A program made the translations under genes and the position numbers. From NCBI GenBank assembly GCA_965207225.1, contig CBDBLV010000001.1, positions 160,001 to 224,000 of the forward strand: a stretch of DNA of 64,000 bases, given 5' to 3'. Below are positions 44,626-54,604 of the stretch, one piece after another. Source of the stretch: Dehalococcoidia bacterium. GTDB lineage: Bacteria > Chloroflexota > Dehalococcoidia > Plut-88900. Under the pieces are notes generated by a model. It searched no databases. It was not told the DNA's origin and saw only the letters and a program-made list of their open reading frames with translations. Each line of letters starts with the position of its first letter. Within the stretch, counting starts at the first letter, position 1.

Positions 44626-46971
44626 ATGAGTAGAGCTGAAAATGGAACGGTCGGTCCTGAACTATTCAAGACCGCCGTCCCAGACCTATCAGGCAAGCTG
44701 GAACTAAGCGGTCTAGAGGGCCCGGTTACTGTCTTCCGGGACAAGTGGGGCATACCCCACACCCGCGCTTCCTCCGTAAACGACGCCTTTTTTGCCCAGG
44801 GCTTCGTCACGGCGCAGGACCGGCTCTGGCACATGGACTGGGACCGGCGTCGGGCGATGGGGAGATGCGCGGAGATAGCGGGGGTCTCGGGGGTGGAGCA
44901 GGACAAGATGATGCGCCGCTTCCGGCTGGTCGCCAGCGCGAAGTCCGACTTCGAGGTGGTGAGTCCTGAGACCCAGGCGATGCTTAAGAGCTACGCCGAG
45001 GGGGTCAATGCCTTCATAGATACTGCCAGTGAACTGCCCATCGAATACCGCATCCTGAGTTCGAGGCCAGAACTGTGGGAGCCGTGGCACTCTATGCTCG
45101 TATTCAAGGTACGCCACATCTTCATGGGTGTATTCGAACGCAAACTGTGGAACGCTCGAATGGTGAATCGTCTCGGGCCTGAGAAGGCGCAGGCAGCCAT
45201 ACCCGTTTCCCTGCCAGGTGAGCTGCTTGTGGTTCCACCCGGCGCCGAATATTCCGGCGCCACGGACAAGTCTCTGCCGGACTTTGTCGAGGGGGCGGAA
45301 TGGCCCGGGCTTCCTGCCTGGGAGGAGGGCGGGAGTAACAACTGGGCTGTACACGGGAGCCGGACGGCATCGGGTGTACCGCTTCTGGCAGGGGACCCGC
45401 ATCGAGGCCTGGAGGCGCCCAGCGTCTACTATCAAAATCACATCGCCTGCGATGAGTTCGATGTCGTTGGGCTTTCATTCCCCGGAGTGCCGGGGTTTCC
45501 GCACTTCGGCCACAATGCCCGTGTGGCGTGGTGCGTGACCCACGCCATGGCCGACTACCAGGACCTCTACATAGAGCGTTTCAAAGAGGTCGATACTGCG
45601 TCATACGAGTTCATGGGCAAGTGGGAAACCGCTGATGTTACAACGGAGTCGATCAGCGTTGCCGGTGGCGCCAAGGAGGAGGTCCAGACCTTTGCAACCA
45701 GGCATGGGCCGGTAGTAGCCGGAAACCCGGGCGAAGGAGTAGCCCTGGCATTCAGATACACCGCCACGGCCGAGCCCATCAAGGCGTTTGACTCCATCAG
45801 GCAAATGCTCACTGCTGCCTCCGTCGACGAATTGGATGAGTCGATGAAGGAGTGGGTCGATCCTGCCAACAACTTCCTCTGTGTGGATGTGCAAGGCGAC
45901 ATAAAGTACCTTACTCGGGGTCGACTCCCAATAAGACCAAAGGCAAATGCGTGGCTGCCGGTGCCCGGTTGGACCGGCGATTACGAATGGACAAGGTACG
46001 TTCCTTTCGAAGAGATGCCCCGCTCCCGGAACCCGGATACCGGGTTCATAGTCACGGCCAACAACCGGATTGTGAACGAGGACTATCCTCACTACATAGG
46101 CCTCGACTACGATGGCGAACACCGTACCCGTTGCATTTACAAAGCGCTCCAAGGGACGCCGAGGGCCACGGTAGAGGATATGGCCGGGGTCCATGCTCTG
46201 CGCACTTCCATCCCTGCGGCGGCAATATGCCCTCTACTGAAAGAGGTAGAAGCATATAGTGAAGCCGCCGTTGAAGGAAAGCGTCTTTTGCTGGCCTGGG
46301 ACCACAACATAGACAGAGATCGTCCCGAACCGACTATCTTCACTACCTTCCATGACGCACTTACGGACGCCCGTATAACTGCATTACTCGGCGAGATGGC
46401 GCACGATGTGGCAGGGGAGAGTGGCAGGGGTGCGCCATCGTGGGTTGGCCGAATAAAGTCGGGGTTGCACCACTGGCTGGATTCCTTGCCCACCTCCGAG
46501 AGAAAAGGCCTCCTTGCCCATGCGTTGGAAGTGGCGGTGACAAGGCTGCGATCAATCCTTGGCGAGGACATCAGTGATTGGGCATGGGGTCGGGTGCACA
46601 GGACGAACCCACAGCACGCTCTTTCTGATGTCTTTCCCGAGTTATCTGAAAATCTGAATCCGCCTTCCGTAGCGGCCCACGGAGATGGGTTCACGCCGCT
46701 GGCAGGCTCCTATTCGACTGCAGAGCCATATATCATCACTTCTACCTCAATGGCACGGTATGTCTTCGACGCCTCGAACTGGGACAACTCCCGTTGGGTA
46801 GTACCTCTGGGGGCGTCGGGGCATCCTGGGAGCCTTCACTACTCCGATCAGGCGGAGACCTGGGCTGACGTCAGCCTGATCCCCATGTTCTATGACTGGA
46901 ATGTAGTGTCCAGGGAAGCCGAGACCAGACAGTTCCTTTGCCCACTTGCGACTGCACGAAAAAATGGGTAG
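44626..46971 (+). CDS. Penicillin acylase family Ntn-hydrolase
   Basis: RDKWGIPH, AQDRLW, GSNNWAV, AGDPH, TANN, GASGHPGS. Confidence 0.93.
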   Translation: MSRAENGTVGPELFKTAVPDLSGKLELSGLEGPVTVFRDKWGIPHTRASSVNDAFFAQGFVTAQDRLWHMDWDRRRAMGRCAEIAGVSGVEQDKMMRRFRLVASAKSDFEVVSPETQAMLKSYAEGVNAFIDTASELPIEYRILSSRPELWEPWHSMLVFKVRHIFMGVFERKLWNARMVNRLGPEKAQAAIPVSLPGELLVVPPGAEYSGATDKSLPDFVEGAEWPGLPAWEEGGSNNWAVHGSRTASGVPLLAGDPHRGLEAPSVYYQNHIACDEFDVVGLSFPGVPGFPHFGHNARVAWCVTHAMADYQDLYIERFKEVDTASYEFMGKWETADVTTESISVAGGAKEEVQTFATRHGPVVAGNPGEGVALAFRYTATAEPIKAFDSIRQMLTAASVDELDESMKEWVDPANNFLCVDVQGDIKYLTRGRLPIRPKANAWLPVPGWTGDYEWTRYVPFEEMPRSRNPDTGFIVTANNRIVNEDYPHYIGLDYDGEHRTRCIYKALQGTPRATVEDMAGVHALRTSIPAAAICPLLKEVEAYSEAAVEGKRLLLAWDHNIDRDRPEPTIFTTFHDALTDARITALLGEMAHDVAGESGRGAPSWVGRIKSGLHHWLDSLPTSERKGLLAHALEVAVTRLRSILGEDISDWAWGRVHRTNPQHALSDVFPELSENLNPPSVAAHGDGFTPLAGSYSTAEPYIITSTSMARYVFDASNWDNSRWVVPLGASGHPGSLHYSDQAETWADVSLIPMFYDWNVVSREAETRQFLCPLATARKNG

Positions 46972-47112
46972 GCTTACAATAGTCCCGGCAGACTATTGAC
47001 CGAAGCGCCCGGCATGTGCGATGCTATGGCCGCAGTGGACGGGGCCGAGAAGCAATGAGTTAATCAATTTGCTGACGGCCCCGAAAGACTATCAAAAGGT
47101 AGGGGTTTTAAT

Positions 47113-47256
47113 ATGCAAGGCTACTGCGTTAAGTGTCGAGCGTCCCAGGAGATGAAGGACGCAGAGCAGATCACCATGAAGAATGGCCGCCCGGCAACCC
47201 GTGGTGTCTGCCCGGTCTGCGGGACGAAGATGTTCCGCATCGGCAAGTCCAGCTAG
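47113..47256 (+). CDS. DUF5679 small zinc-ribbon protein (not in ORF track)
   Basis: MQGYCVKCRASQEMKDAEQITMKNGRPATRGVCPVCGTKMFRIGKSS. Confidence 0.88.
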   Translation: MQGYCVKCRASQEMKDAEQITMKNGRPATRGVCPVCGTKMFRIGKSS

Positions 47257-47403
47257 TTTCGCTCTGACCCCGGGTCGTCTGCATTGGGACGGCCCGGGGA
47301 TGACCTCCAATCCCAATCGTTTCCCGCCGCACTTCTGCGTCTATTGTATGAGGCGTGTGGGGACAGTCCAGTTCCCCCTTATACCAACCTTATCGGCGTG
47401 CGG

Positions 47404-49371
47404 CTATCGCTTCTCGACAGTAACTGCAACCGGTAGATGGTCCGAGGCCTGACTCTCTGCCGAGGAGTAGTTCCTAGACTTCAGGTCAGGGCTCGTCCAT
47501 ACATAGTCGATGCGCCTGCTGGGACCGTCGGACGGGGATGTGAACCCCGGACCCGTCTCCCCTGCGTCCACGAATGAGTCGAGGAGGCCGGCCTCTTCGA
47601 GCATCTTGATTTCCCGGTCCTCGGGTGTTCCGTTCAGGTCTGCCAAAAGCACTGTTTGAGGAACCCCGCCCCACCTTGCAAGCACGGCCTCCGTCTGGGG
47701 GATTCGGTACTCAGCCTCATCACGAACGTGGTGGAAGTGTGTTGCGATGACGCGCAGCGGGGCCTCGTCCCCAACGTCGATCTCCACCCATAGGAACGCT
47801 CTGTTCAGGGGGAAGTCATCGTTATTGGGCATTTCCTCGTTCTCGTAGTGCAATATGGGGTAACGAGTGAGCACGGCATTTCCCCATGCAGAGTCGGCGG
47901 CGGGGCCCCATGCGTATTCCATGTCCAGTCGCTGAGAGAGCCAGGACAGGATGTCCACGGCCCCGTCGACCAGCCAGGCCCGGGACACCTCCTGCAAAGC
48001 CACGACGTCGGGTGATTCCGCCTCAATCACTTGGGCGATCTCCTCCAAAGTAAAATCACCGGCTGTGCCGAAACCCTGGTGGATGTTATAGGCCATGACT
48101 CGCACAGGAAGCCCGTCTCCCGGCTCGACTTCAGGCTCCGTCCAGAATATGGTGAGTATAATCGGCGCCAGCATCATGAGTGCTACGAGACGACCGGCCC
48201 AAATGAACGGGGCCCGAGGGAGGGGCCCGGTCTTTGTCCAGATCACCATACCTACAGGCAACGCCACCAGAATCGTTGCTGCAATCACGATTGTACGTTG
48301 AGTCACGCCCACGTCTATGTCGTAGGCGGCGTAGTACAGAAAACCCAGAACTAGGAACAGCAGCATCCCCAGGAAGGAGATTAGCGTCGCCAGGGAGTAT
48401 GACTTGCGTTCCTCATCGGGGTTGTCCCGGGAAGCGAGGATGGCGAGGAGCAAAACCAGCAACAAGTGTCCCGCGGCCATTATCGTCGCGGCCAGGGCGC
48501 CGGACTGTTCTTCCAACAACATCACTATGAGCAGCACGGTCACTGCCGGTGCGAGAAGCACAACCACGTGTCTGGGTAACCGCATTGCCAGTGGAACAAG
48601 AGCAATACCGACGAGGTTCGCTGCCACTATCAATGACAGGATTCCCGGCTGCTCCCAGCCGATCAAGGCGGTCTGTTGCCCGACGTTCTGGAATAAGAGC
48701 ATCCCCAGGAAAAGAAAAGGGCCAAGCGCCAGGAGCGGAAGCGAGGCCCGGGGCCCGGGTGGCAGCGCCTCCTGACCTCTACTCCTCATAGCAACGAGTT
48801 TCGCCGTCGTCGTAAGGCCCAAAGCAAGCAGTACCGCTACGATATCCGCGCCTGTATTGTGGTGAAATGACAGGTCGACTGTCCCGAAGGCGCCCTTTAT
48901 TGCCGTGTCCAGGGCGATGCCCGTGAGAAGACCCAACAGCCAGGTGGCCCCTGTTATCCGCCTTCCGCTGGAAGCAATAGAGGTGCTCGCAGGAATTGCC
49001 CATAGGAACAGGACCGTGCCGACAATGGACAGGGCGAAGTCGGCGGCGGCGACCTCCATAAATTGGACGATGATCCGGGTGACGAAGATACCCAGAGCAC
49101 ATAACTGCAACAGGCCCCCAGGCCCGATGCCGCGAGCCAGTACAGGCGCCAAAAGGGCGGCAAGGAAGCACAGCAGCGCAATCCCTCCCACCTGGACTGT
49201 TGAAAACTCCCGGGCCTCCCTCAGGTAGAAGACCACGCTCGACATGAAGAGCCGCAGCATCTCGATGCCCAGGGCGAAGAGAAGCATTACGAATACAAAT
49301 TGGAGTATCTCTGCCCGCGCCCCGACACTTTCCTTGCCGCTCGAAATTTGAGAGGTGTTGGCGGTAGTCAT
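47404..49371 (-). CDS. Polytopic membrane protein with C-terminal EEP domain (CWH43/PGAP2IP-like architecture)
   Basis: Many TMs, then YNIH, ALQEV, DLNG, IDYVW, SDHLPV. Confidence 0.88.
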   Translation of the reverse strand: MTTANTSQISSGKESVGARAEILQFVFVMLLFALGIEMLRLFMSSVVFYLREAREFSTVQVGGIALLCFLAALLAPVLARGIGPGGLLQLCALGIFVTRIIVQFMEVAAADFALSIVGTVLFLWAIPASTSIASSGRRITGATWLLGLLTGIALDTAIKGAFGTVDLSFHHNTGADIVAVLLALGLTTTAKLVAMRSRGQEALPPGPRASLPLLALGPFLFLGMLLFQNVGQQTALIGWEQPGILSLIVAANLVGIALVPLAMRLPRHVVVLLAPAVTVLLIVMLLEEQSGALAATIMAAGHLLLVLLLAILASRDNPDEERKSYSLATLISFLGMLLFLVLGFLYYAAYDIDVGVTQRTIVIAATILVALPVGMVIWTKTGPLPRAPFIWAGRLVALMMLAPIILTIFWTEPEVEPGDGLPVRVMAYNIHQGFGTAGDFTLEEIAQVIEAESPDVVALQEVSRAWLVDGAVDILSWLSQRLDMEYAWGPAADSAWGNAVLTRYPILHYENEEMPNNDDFPLNRAFLWVEIDVGDEAPLRVIATHFHHVRDEAEYRIPQTEAVLARWGGVPQTVLLADLNGTPEDREIKMLEEAGLLDSFVDAGETGPGFTSPSDGPSRRIDYVWTSPDLKSRNYSSAESQASDHLPVAVTVEKR

Positions 49372-49724
49372 TGCTGGCTCTCTCCCATCAGCTCGTCGAG
49401 GCGCTCATCGCTTATGCCGAAGAAATGGCCTACCTCGTGGACCACGGTGTGCCTGACTTCCTCTGCGATCTGCCCTTCGCTTTCGCAGATGGCCTCTATA
49501 GGGCGCTGGAAGATAAAGATGCGGTCGGGCTGTACCCCGGTGTGGAAAACACTGCGCTCGGTAAGAGGAATACCATCGTAGAGGCCCAGCAGTTCCAATG
49601 GATGGTCCAGACCGACCGAACGGAGTTGCTCCTCGGATGGGTAGTCCTTGACGACGCGAACAACATTGCCGTCGCTGAGAATTTCAGCAAACTCCGCTGG
49701 AAGGTCCGCAAGTGCCTTGTCCAC
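49368..49724 (-). CDS. Zincin-like (Zincin_1) metallopeptidase family protein
   Basis: LLGLYDGIPL..PDRIFIFQRPI..HEVGHFFG. Start uncertain. Confidence 0.88.
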   Translation of the reverse strand: MDKALADLPAEFAEILSDGNVVRVVKDYPSEEQLRSVGLDHPLELLGLYDGIPLTERSVFHTGVQPDRIFIFQRPIEAICESEGQIAEEVRHTVVHEVGHFFGISDERLDELMGESQQ

Positions 49725-49939
49725 CAGGGCCTCAAAAAGGCTGCGCTCTATGACTCATCTCCTGGTACTAGCTGTTCCCAGGGCATTATACGGGTTGCGG
49801 TACCGACAAACCCGATAGCCAGTCGAATCGCGGACGTGGTCGAGGCGCTATCGGGAGGTGGCAACGCGTGTAAGTTATGGGGGTATTAAACCCGTAGTGG
49901 AGGCAACACAGGCAGAGCGGAGGTGGTAGAATCGTCCGG

Positions 49940-50131
49940 ATGTTGGTAAGAACTCTCAGGCTTGTCATCCATGCGTTGCTGTTCCTGATCGCCATCGTAG
50001 TGTTTTTCCTCGGGCTGGGAATTGGGCTGCAATACAGCCCGCAGTTAGGGACGGCTTTATGGATCGCTGCGGGGCTTCTCGCGGCGCTTAATCTTGTCTG
50101 GCTACTCCGCCGGAGGCCGACGCCAGGCTGA
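49940..50131 (+). CDS. Small two-TM membrane protein
   Basis: Hydrophobic ORF whose stop overlaps the next ATG. Confidence 0.6.
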   Translation: MLVRTLRLVIHALLFLIAIVVFFLGLGIGLQYSPQLGTALWIAAGLLAALNLVWLLRRRPTPG

Positions 50132-51831
50132 TGACCAAAGCCCACGAAATGATCGCGGACGTGCTCCAGGAGGCGGGCGTCGAATACGTTTTCGGTATAC
50201 CTGGCGGCGGCACGGGGGCCATCTACAACTCCCTGTATGACCGGCCAGCCGTTAAACCCATCCTGGTTCGCCACGAACAGGGCGCCGCAATCATGGCCGA
50301 CGCCTATGGACGGGCTACCGGCCGCCCTGCTGCTGTCATGGGTCAGGGCCTTTTCATAGGGTCTAATGCTTCTTTCGGCATCATGGAGGCCCAGCTCAGC
50401 AGTTCTCCCATGGTGGTCATCACCGACACCTCGGACGGGGACATGGCCCAGCACCCGGCTAATCAGTCGGGGTCTGGAGAGTATGGAAGCGTCGACCTGT
50501 TGACCATATTCCGCTCCATGTCCAAGTACACAACGCTGGCCACTTCGCCCAAGGAAGCAGTGGTCGGGCTGCAGTTGGCCATAAAGCATGCAACCAGCGG
50601 ACGCCCGGGCCCCGGGGTGGTGCTGATGCGAAGCCGCTCGATTGTCGGGGAAGTTGATGTCGAATCGCCACCTTTCATCCATCCCACCCTGGGCTATTTG
50701 AACACCATGCCGTCCGTCGCCCGATCCGAGGACGTGGAGGGGGCCGCTTCCCTTCTCGCCGATGCCAAGTTTCCCGTCATAGTTGCCGGGAATGGTGTTC
50801 ACATGGCCAACGCTCACCCGGAGTTGACACGCCTTGCCGAGATGCTGGGTGCTGGGGTAGCAACCTCCTACAAGGGCAAGAGCTCCATTCCTGAGACCCA
50901 CGCCCAGGCCCTTGGGATGGTGGGCCAGTACGGTCAACAGGCTGCCAACACCGCGGTTGGACGGGCGGACGTCGTGCTGGTGGTCGGGGCCAAGCTGACG
51001 AGCCAGGAGACCGTCGGGGAGACGCCATCGCTATTCGATCCCAAGAGGCAGACGATTATTCAGATCGACATCGAGGAGCGGAATGCTGGCTGGTCCTTCC
51101 CAATAGACCTTGGTCTGATAGGCGATGGCAAGGAAGTGCTCTTGCAGATAATCGACGCTTTGGGCGTCGATGGGCGGGACAACTCTGAAAGGGTCGGGGC
51201 CCTGGCCTCCCTGAAAAAGAACGCCCTTTTTTACAAAGACCCCGAGCTCTTCATGGACTCCTCTCCCGTAATGCCCCAGCGTCTGGTACGGCTCTTGCAG
51301 GAAACCCTGGACCCTTCCACCCTAATCAGTCTTGATGCAGGCAACAACCGGGTCTGGATGTGTCACCACTACCAGTCCCAGGCAACCAAGACATTATTTG
51401 CTCCGGGCGGTATGGCCGGAATGGGGTGGAGCCTTCCCGCAGCCCTCGCTCTAAAGTTGGCATATCCGGAGAGACCGGTTGTCGGGGTCACGGGCGACGG
51501 GGGCTTTATGATGTCAGTCCACGCCATTTCAACTGCCATACAATATGACCTGCCGGTGGTCTACGTTGTGCTGAATGACTCTGCGCTCGGCATGGTCAGG
51601 CACCACCAGGGTGACAAGGTAATCTCTGCGGAGTTTGCCGAGACGGACCACGGCGCCATCGCACGCTCCATGGGAGGCTTCGGGGTGCAGGTGTCGGATT
51701 CCAGGGAAGTACCCGGCGCCCTGAGGGAAGCCTTCGCATCGGGCAAGCCGGCCGTGGTGGATGTGATCATAGACCGGGGCCCCAACCCAGACGACTTTCG
51801 GGCCACGGCCCGTCGATTGACGGATACCTAG
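50131..51831 (+). CDS. ThDP-dependent enzyme (acetolactate synthase-like)
   Basis: VFGIPGG, RHEQGA, GDGGF..ND ThDP-binding motif. Confidence 0.92.
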   Translation: MTKAHEMIADVLQEAGVEYVFGIPGGGTGAIYNSLYDRPAVKPILVRHEQGAAIMADAYGRATGRPAAVMGQGLFIGSNASFGIMEAQLSSSPMVVITDTSDGDMAQHPANQSGSGEYGSVDLLTIFRSMSKYTTLATSPKEAVVGLQLAIKHATSGRPGPGVVLMRSRSIVGEVDVESPPFIHPTLGYLNTMPSVARSEDVEGAASLLADAKFPVIVAGNGVHMANAHPELTRLAEMLGAGVATSYKGKSSIPETHAQALGMVGQYGQQAANTAVGRADVVLVVGAKLTSQETVGETPSLFDPKRQTIIQIDIEERNAGWSFPIDLGLIGDGKEVLLQIIDALGVDGRDNSERVGALASLKKNALFYKDPELFMDSSPVMPQRLVRLLQETLDPSTLISLDAGNNRVWMCHHYQSQATKTLFAPGGMAGMGWSLPAALALKLAYPERPVVGVTGDGGFMMSVHAISTAIQYDLPVVYVVLNDSALGMVRHHQGDKVISAEFAETDHGAIARSMGGFGVQVSDSREVPGALREAFASGKPAVVDVIIDRGPNPDDFRATARRLTDT

Positions 51832-51868
51832 ACTGTCAAACTGATTTCCTTAATCAAAGTGGTGAAAC

Positions 51869-53407
51869 ATGGCTAACGATTTTGACGCAATCATCATAGG
51901 CGGCGGGCACAATGGGCTGGTAGCCTCCGGTTACATGGCCAAGGCCGGGATGAAGACTCTTGTATTGGAACGTCGGGACCAGGTCGGCGGGGCATGCATA
52001 ACGGAGGAGCTTATTCCTGGGTTCAAGTTCTCCTCCTGCTCCTACGTCTCATGGCTGCTGCAGCCGAAGGTTGTTAAGGATCTGGAGCTTTACAAGCACG
52101 GACTGGAGATATTCGGGCTTGATCCCCGTTCGGCCCATCCCTTCCCCGATGGCGCCGGGATGCTCTTCTGGGACGAGGATGAGCGGAATAAAGAAGAGAT
52201 TGCCAAGCTCAGCCCGCCCGACTCCGAAGCCTACAATGCTTGGAACGCATTCTGGGACAAGGCCGCCGAGATCATGGGGCCATACATGCTCGAGCCTGCA
52301 CCGACGTGGCAAGAGGTCGACGAGAGAGTCCGGGGCACCGAGCACGAGGAGATACTAAACACACTTCGTACGGTCAGTATGGGCGATCTGCTGGACCGGT
52401 ATTTCGTGTCCGAGAAGGTCAAGTCCTGCATGGTCTATTCGCCCGACCCCAGGGGACTGTACGTAGTTGGCAATGCTCTGCCATCGGCCTACTATGCCTG
52501 CAACCGGTACGTGGATCCCGCCGACACCGGACTCCCGAGAGGGGGGATGGGTGGCCTGACTCGGGCGATGGCAAACTCGGCGCGATCAAGGGGAGTGTCC
52601 ATAAGGACCGATTCCAGGGTGAAAAGGGTGATCATCAGCGAAGGCAAGGCGGTCGGTGTGGAGTTGGAGGACGGGGAGCAGATCGAGAGTGATATCGTCG
52701 TTTCCAACGCCGACCCGTTGCATACGTTCAACCACTTGGTCGGACTTGAAAACCTGGACTCAAACTTCGCTGCCGGTCTCGCGGAGGTGAAGACCAACCT
52801 GACACACCTGAAATTCCACTGCGCCCTCAGTGAAGCCCCCGACTTCTCTCGTTTCTTCCCTTCACTGCAATCCAACCAATACCTGGGCATGCTGGATATC
52901 TGTGATTCTCCGGCATACTTTCAGAAGAGCTGCGCCGACACCGCAGAGGGCCGATTCACCGATTGCCCCGTCATCGAGCTCCAGGTGCCGTCGGTCTACG
53001 ACAATTCCCTGGCGGCGGAGGGCAATCACCTGCTCTCGGCCTTTGTGCTGCACGCTCCCCGGGAGCTAGCCTCCGTGTCCTGGGACGACGCCCGGGAGCA
53101 GGTCGCGGAAAGCCTCATCGACAAGATTACCGAATTTGCCCCCAATTTCCGGGACGCCCTCATCGACTGGGTGCTGATCAGCCCCGTGGACATGGAGAGC
53201 AGGGTCGGGCTGACAAATGGGAACATTCATCACCTGGACCTCGTGTCAACTCAGATGCTCTCTGATCGGCCTATACCTGGCTGGTCCGACTACCGTACAC
53301 CAATAGAGGGGCTATATCTCTGTGGCGCCGGCACCCATCCGGGCGGAGAGGTTACCGGCGCCCCTGGGCACAATGCTGCCCACAGAGTTATAAATGACTG
53401 GGCCTGA
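51869..53407 (+). CDS. Phytoene dehydrogenase-like FAD oxidoreductase
   Basis: GGGHNGL, GGMG, YLCGAGTHPGGEVTGAPGHNAA. Confidence 0.9.
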   Translation: MANDFDAIIIGGGHNGLVASGYMAKAGMKTLVLERRDQVGGACITEELIPGFKFSSCSYVSWLLQPKVVKDLELYKHGLEIFGLDPRSAHPFPDGAGMLFWDEDERNKEEIAKLSPPDSEAYNAWNAFWDKAAEIMGPYMLEPAPTWQEVDERVRGTEHEEILNTLRTVSMGDLLDRYFVSEKVKSCMVYSPDPRGLYVVGNALPSAYYACNRYVDPADTGLPRGGMGGLTRAMANSARSRGVSIRTDSRVKRVIISEGKAVGVELEDGEQIESDIVVSNADPLHTFNHLVGLENLDSNFAAGLAEVKTNLTHLKFHCALSEAPDFSRFFPSLQSNQYLGMLDICDSPAYFQKSCADTAEGRFTDCPVIELQVPSVYDNSLAAEGNHLLSAFVLHAPRELASVSWDDAREQVAESLIDKITEFAPNFRDALIDWVLISPVDMESRVGLTNGNIHHLDLVSTQMLSDRPIPGWSDYRTPIEGLYLCGAGTHPGGEVTGAPGHNAAHRVINDWA

Positions 53408-53449
53408 TTTCCGAGGCCCGCAAATTTCACGAAACGGAGAACAATCCGA

Positions 53450-54580
53450 ATGGCCAGAAACGGGTTCAAGGTCCTGGACAGCGACATGCACGTCATGGAG
53501 CCGCCCGACCTGTGGCAGACCTATACCAGCGCAGACTTTCGGGACCGCGCCCCTGAATTCCGGGGAGTCGCCACGAGCCACGGGTTTACGAACAAGTGGA
53601 TCGTGGAGGACAGGATCTTCCCTGCCTATTCGGACAGAAAGCCCCGGACCGAGGTGCTGTCGGGGCGGCACGAGGCCATAACCGACAGGTTTGCGAAGGC
53701 TCGGGCGGCTAAGTTTGACAACGTGACACAACTGGAGGCCCTGGAGGTCGAGGGGATAGACGTGGCGGTCCTCTTCCGCACGTTCGGCGCCCACGTAATC
53801 GCCCTGGACGGCATGGACCCCGACCTATCTCTAGCCATCTGCGCCGCCTTCAACGACTGGCTCCATGATTTCTGTTCAGCGGACCCATCTCGGCTGAAGG
53901 GCGCCGCCCAGATGCCCATGCACGACGCCCAGAAGGCCGCCCACGAGGCCCGACGCGCAGTTAACGACCTGGGAATGGTCGCCCTCGTCCTCCCCTCCAA
54001 CCCCGTCAACGACAGACCCTGGTACGACCCCTACTACGACCCATTCTGGCAGGAAGCCGAATCCCTGGGTGTGCCGGTCTGCTTTCACGGGATCCAGGGA
54101 GCGTATCAGCAACACATCGGGACCCGGTTCCTGGATGCCTTCGTCATTGCTCACGCCGCCACTCACCCCATGGAACTGATGCTGGATGTTGGGAGCATGA
54201 TCGGAGGAGGTGTGCTGGAGCGGTTCCCGACCCTCAGGGCCGGGTTCCTGGAGGGCAACTGCAGCTGGCTCCCCTGGTGGCTTTGGAGACTTGATGAGGA
54301 GTGGGAGACCTTCGGCCCCTGGGAAAGGACGAAGCTCCAGGGTCCGCCCTCGGACTACTTCCGCCGGCAGAGCTTCATCTCAGTGGACGTGGACGAGTTC
54401 ATGGTCAAGAACGTCATCGACACGGTCGGGGACGACAACCTGGTACTTTCCACGGACTACCCCCACCATGACTCCATGTACCCGAACGCCCTGGACACCT
54501 TTCTTGAGATGGATGTTGTGCCCGAGGCTTCTCAAAAGAAGATCCTCTGGGACAACTGCGCCAGGTTATACGGGATATAA
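53450..54580 (+). CDS. Amidohydrolase_2 family protein
   Basis: DSDMH, AFNDWL, LEGNCSW, STDYPH. Confidence 0.9.
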   Translation: MARNGFKVLDSDMHVMEPPDLWQTYTSADFRDRAPEFRGVATSHGFTNKWIVEDRIFPAYSDRKPRTEVLSGRHEAITDRFAKARAAKFDNVTQLEALEVEGIDVAVLFRTFGAHVIALDGMDPDLSLAICAAFNDWLHDFCSADPSRLKGAAQMPMHDAQKAAHEARRAVNDLGMVALVLPSNPVNDRPWYDPYYDPFWQEAESLGVPVCFHGIQGAYQQHIGTRFLDAFVIAHAATHPMELMLDVGSMIGGGVLERFPTLRAGFLEGNCSWLPWWLWRLDEEWETFGPWERTKLQGPPSDYFRRQSFISVDVDEFMVKNVIDTVGDDNLVLSTDYPHHDSMYPNALDTFLEMDVVPEASQKKILWDNCARLYGI

Positions 54581-54604
54581 CGATTTACATAAAGAGAGGG
54601 ATAG

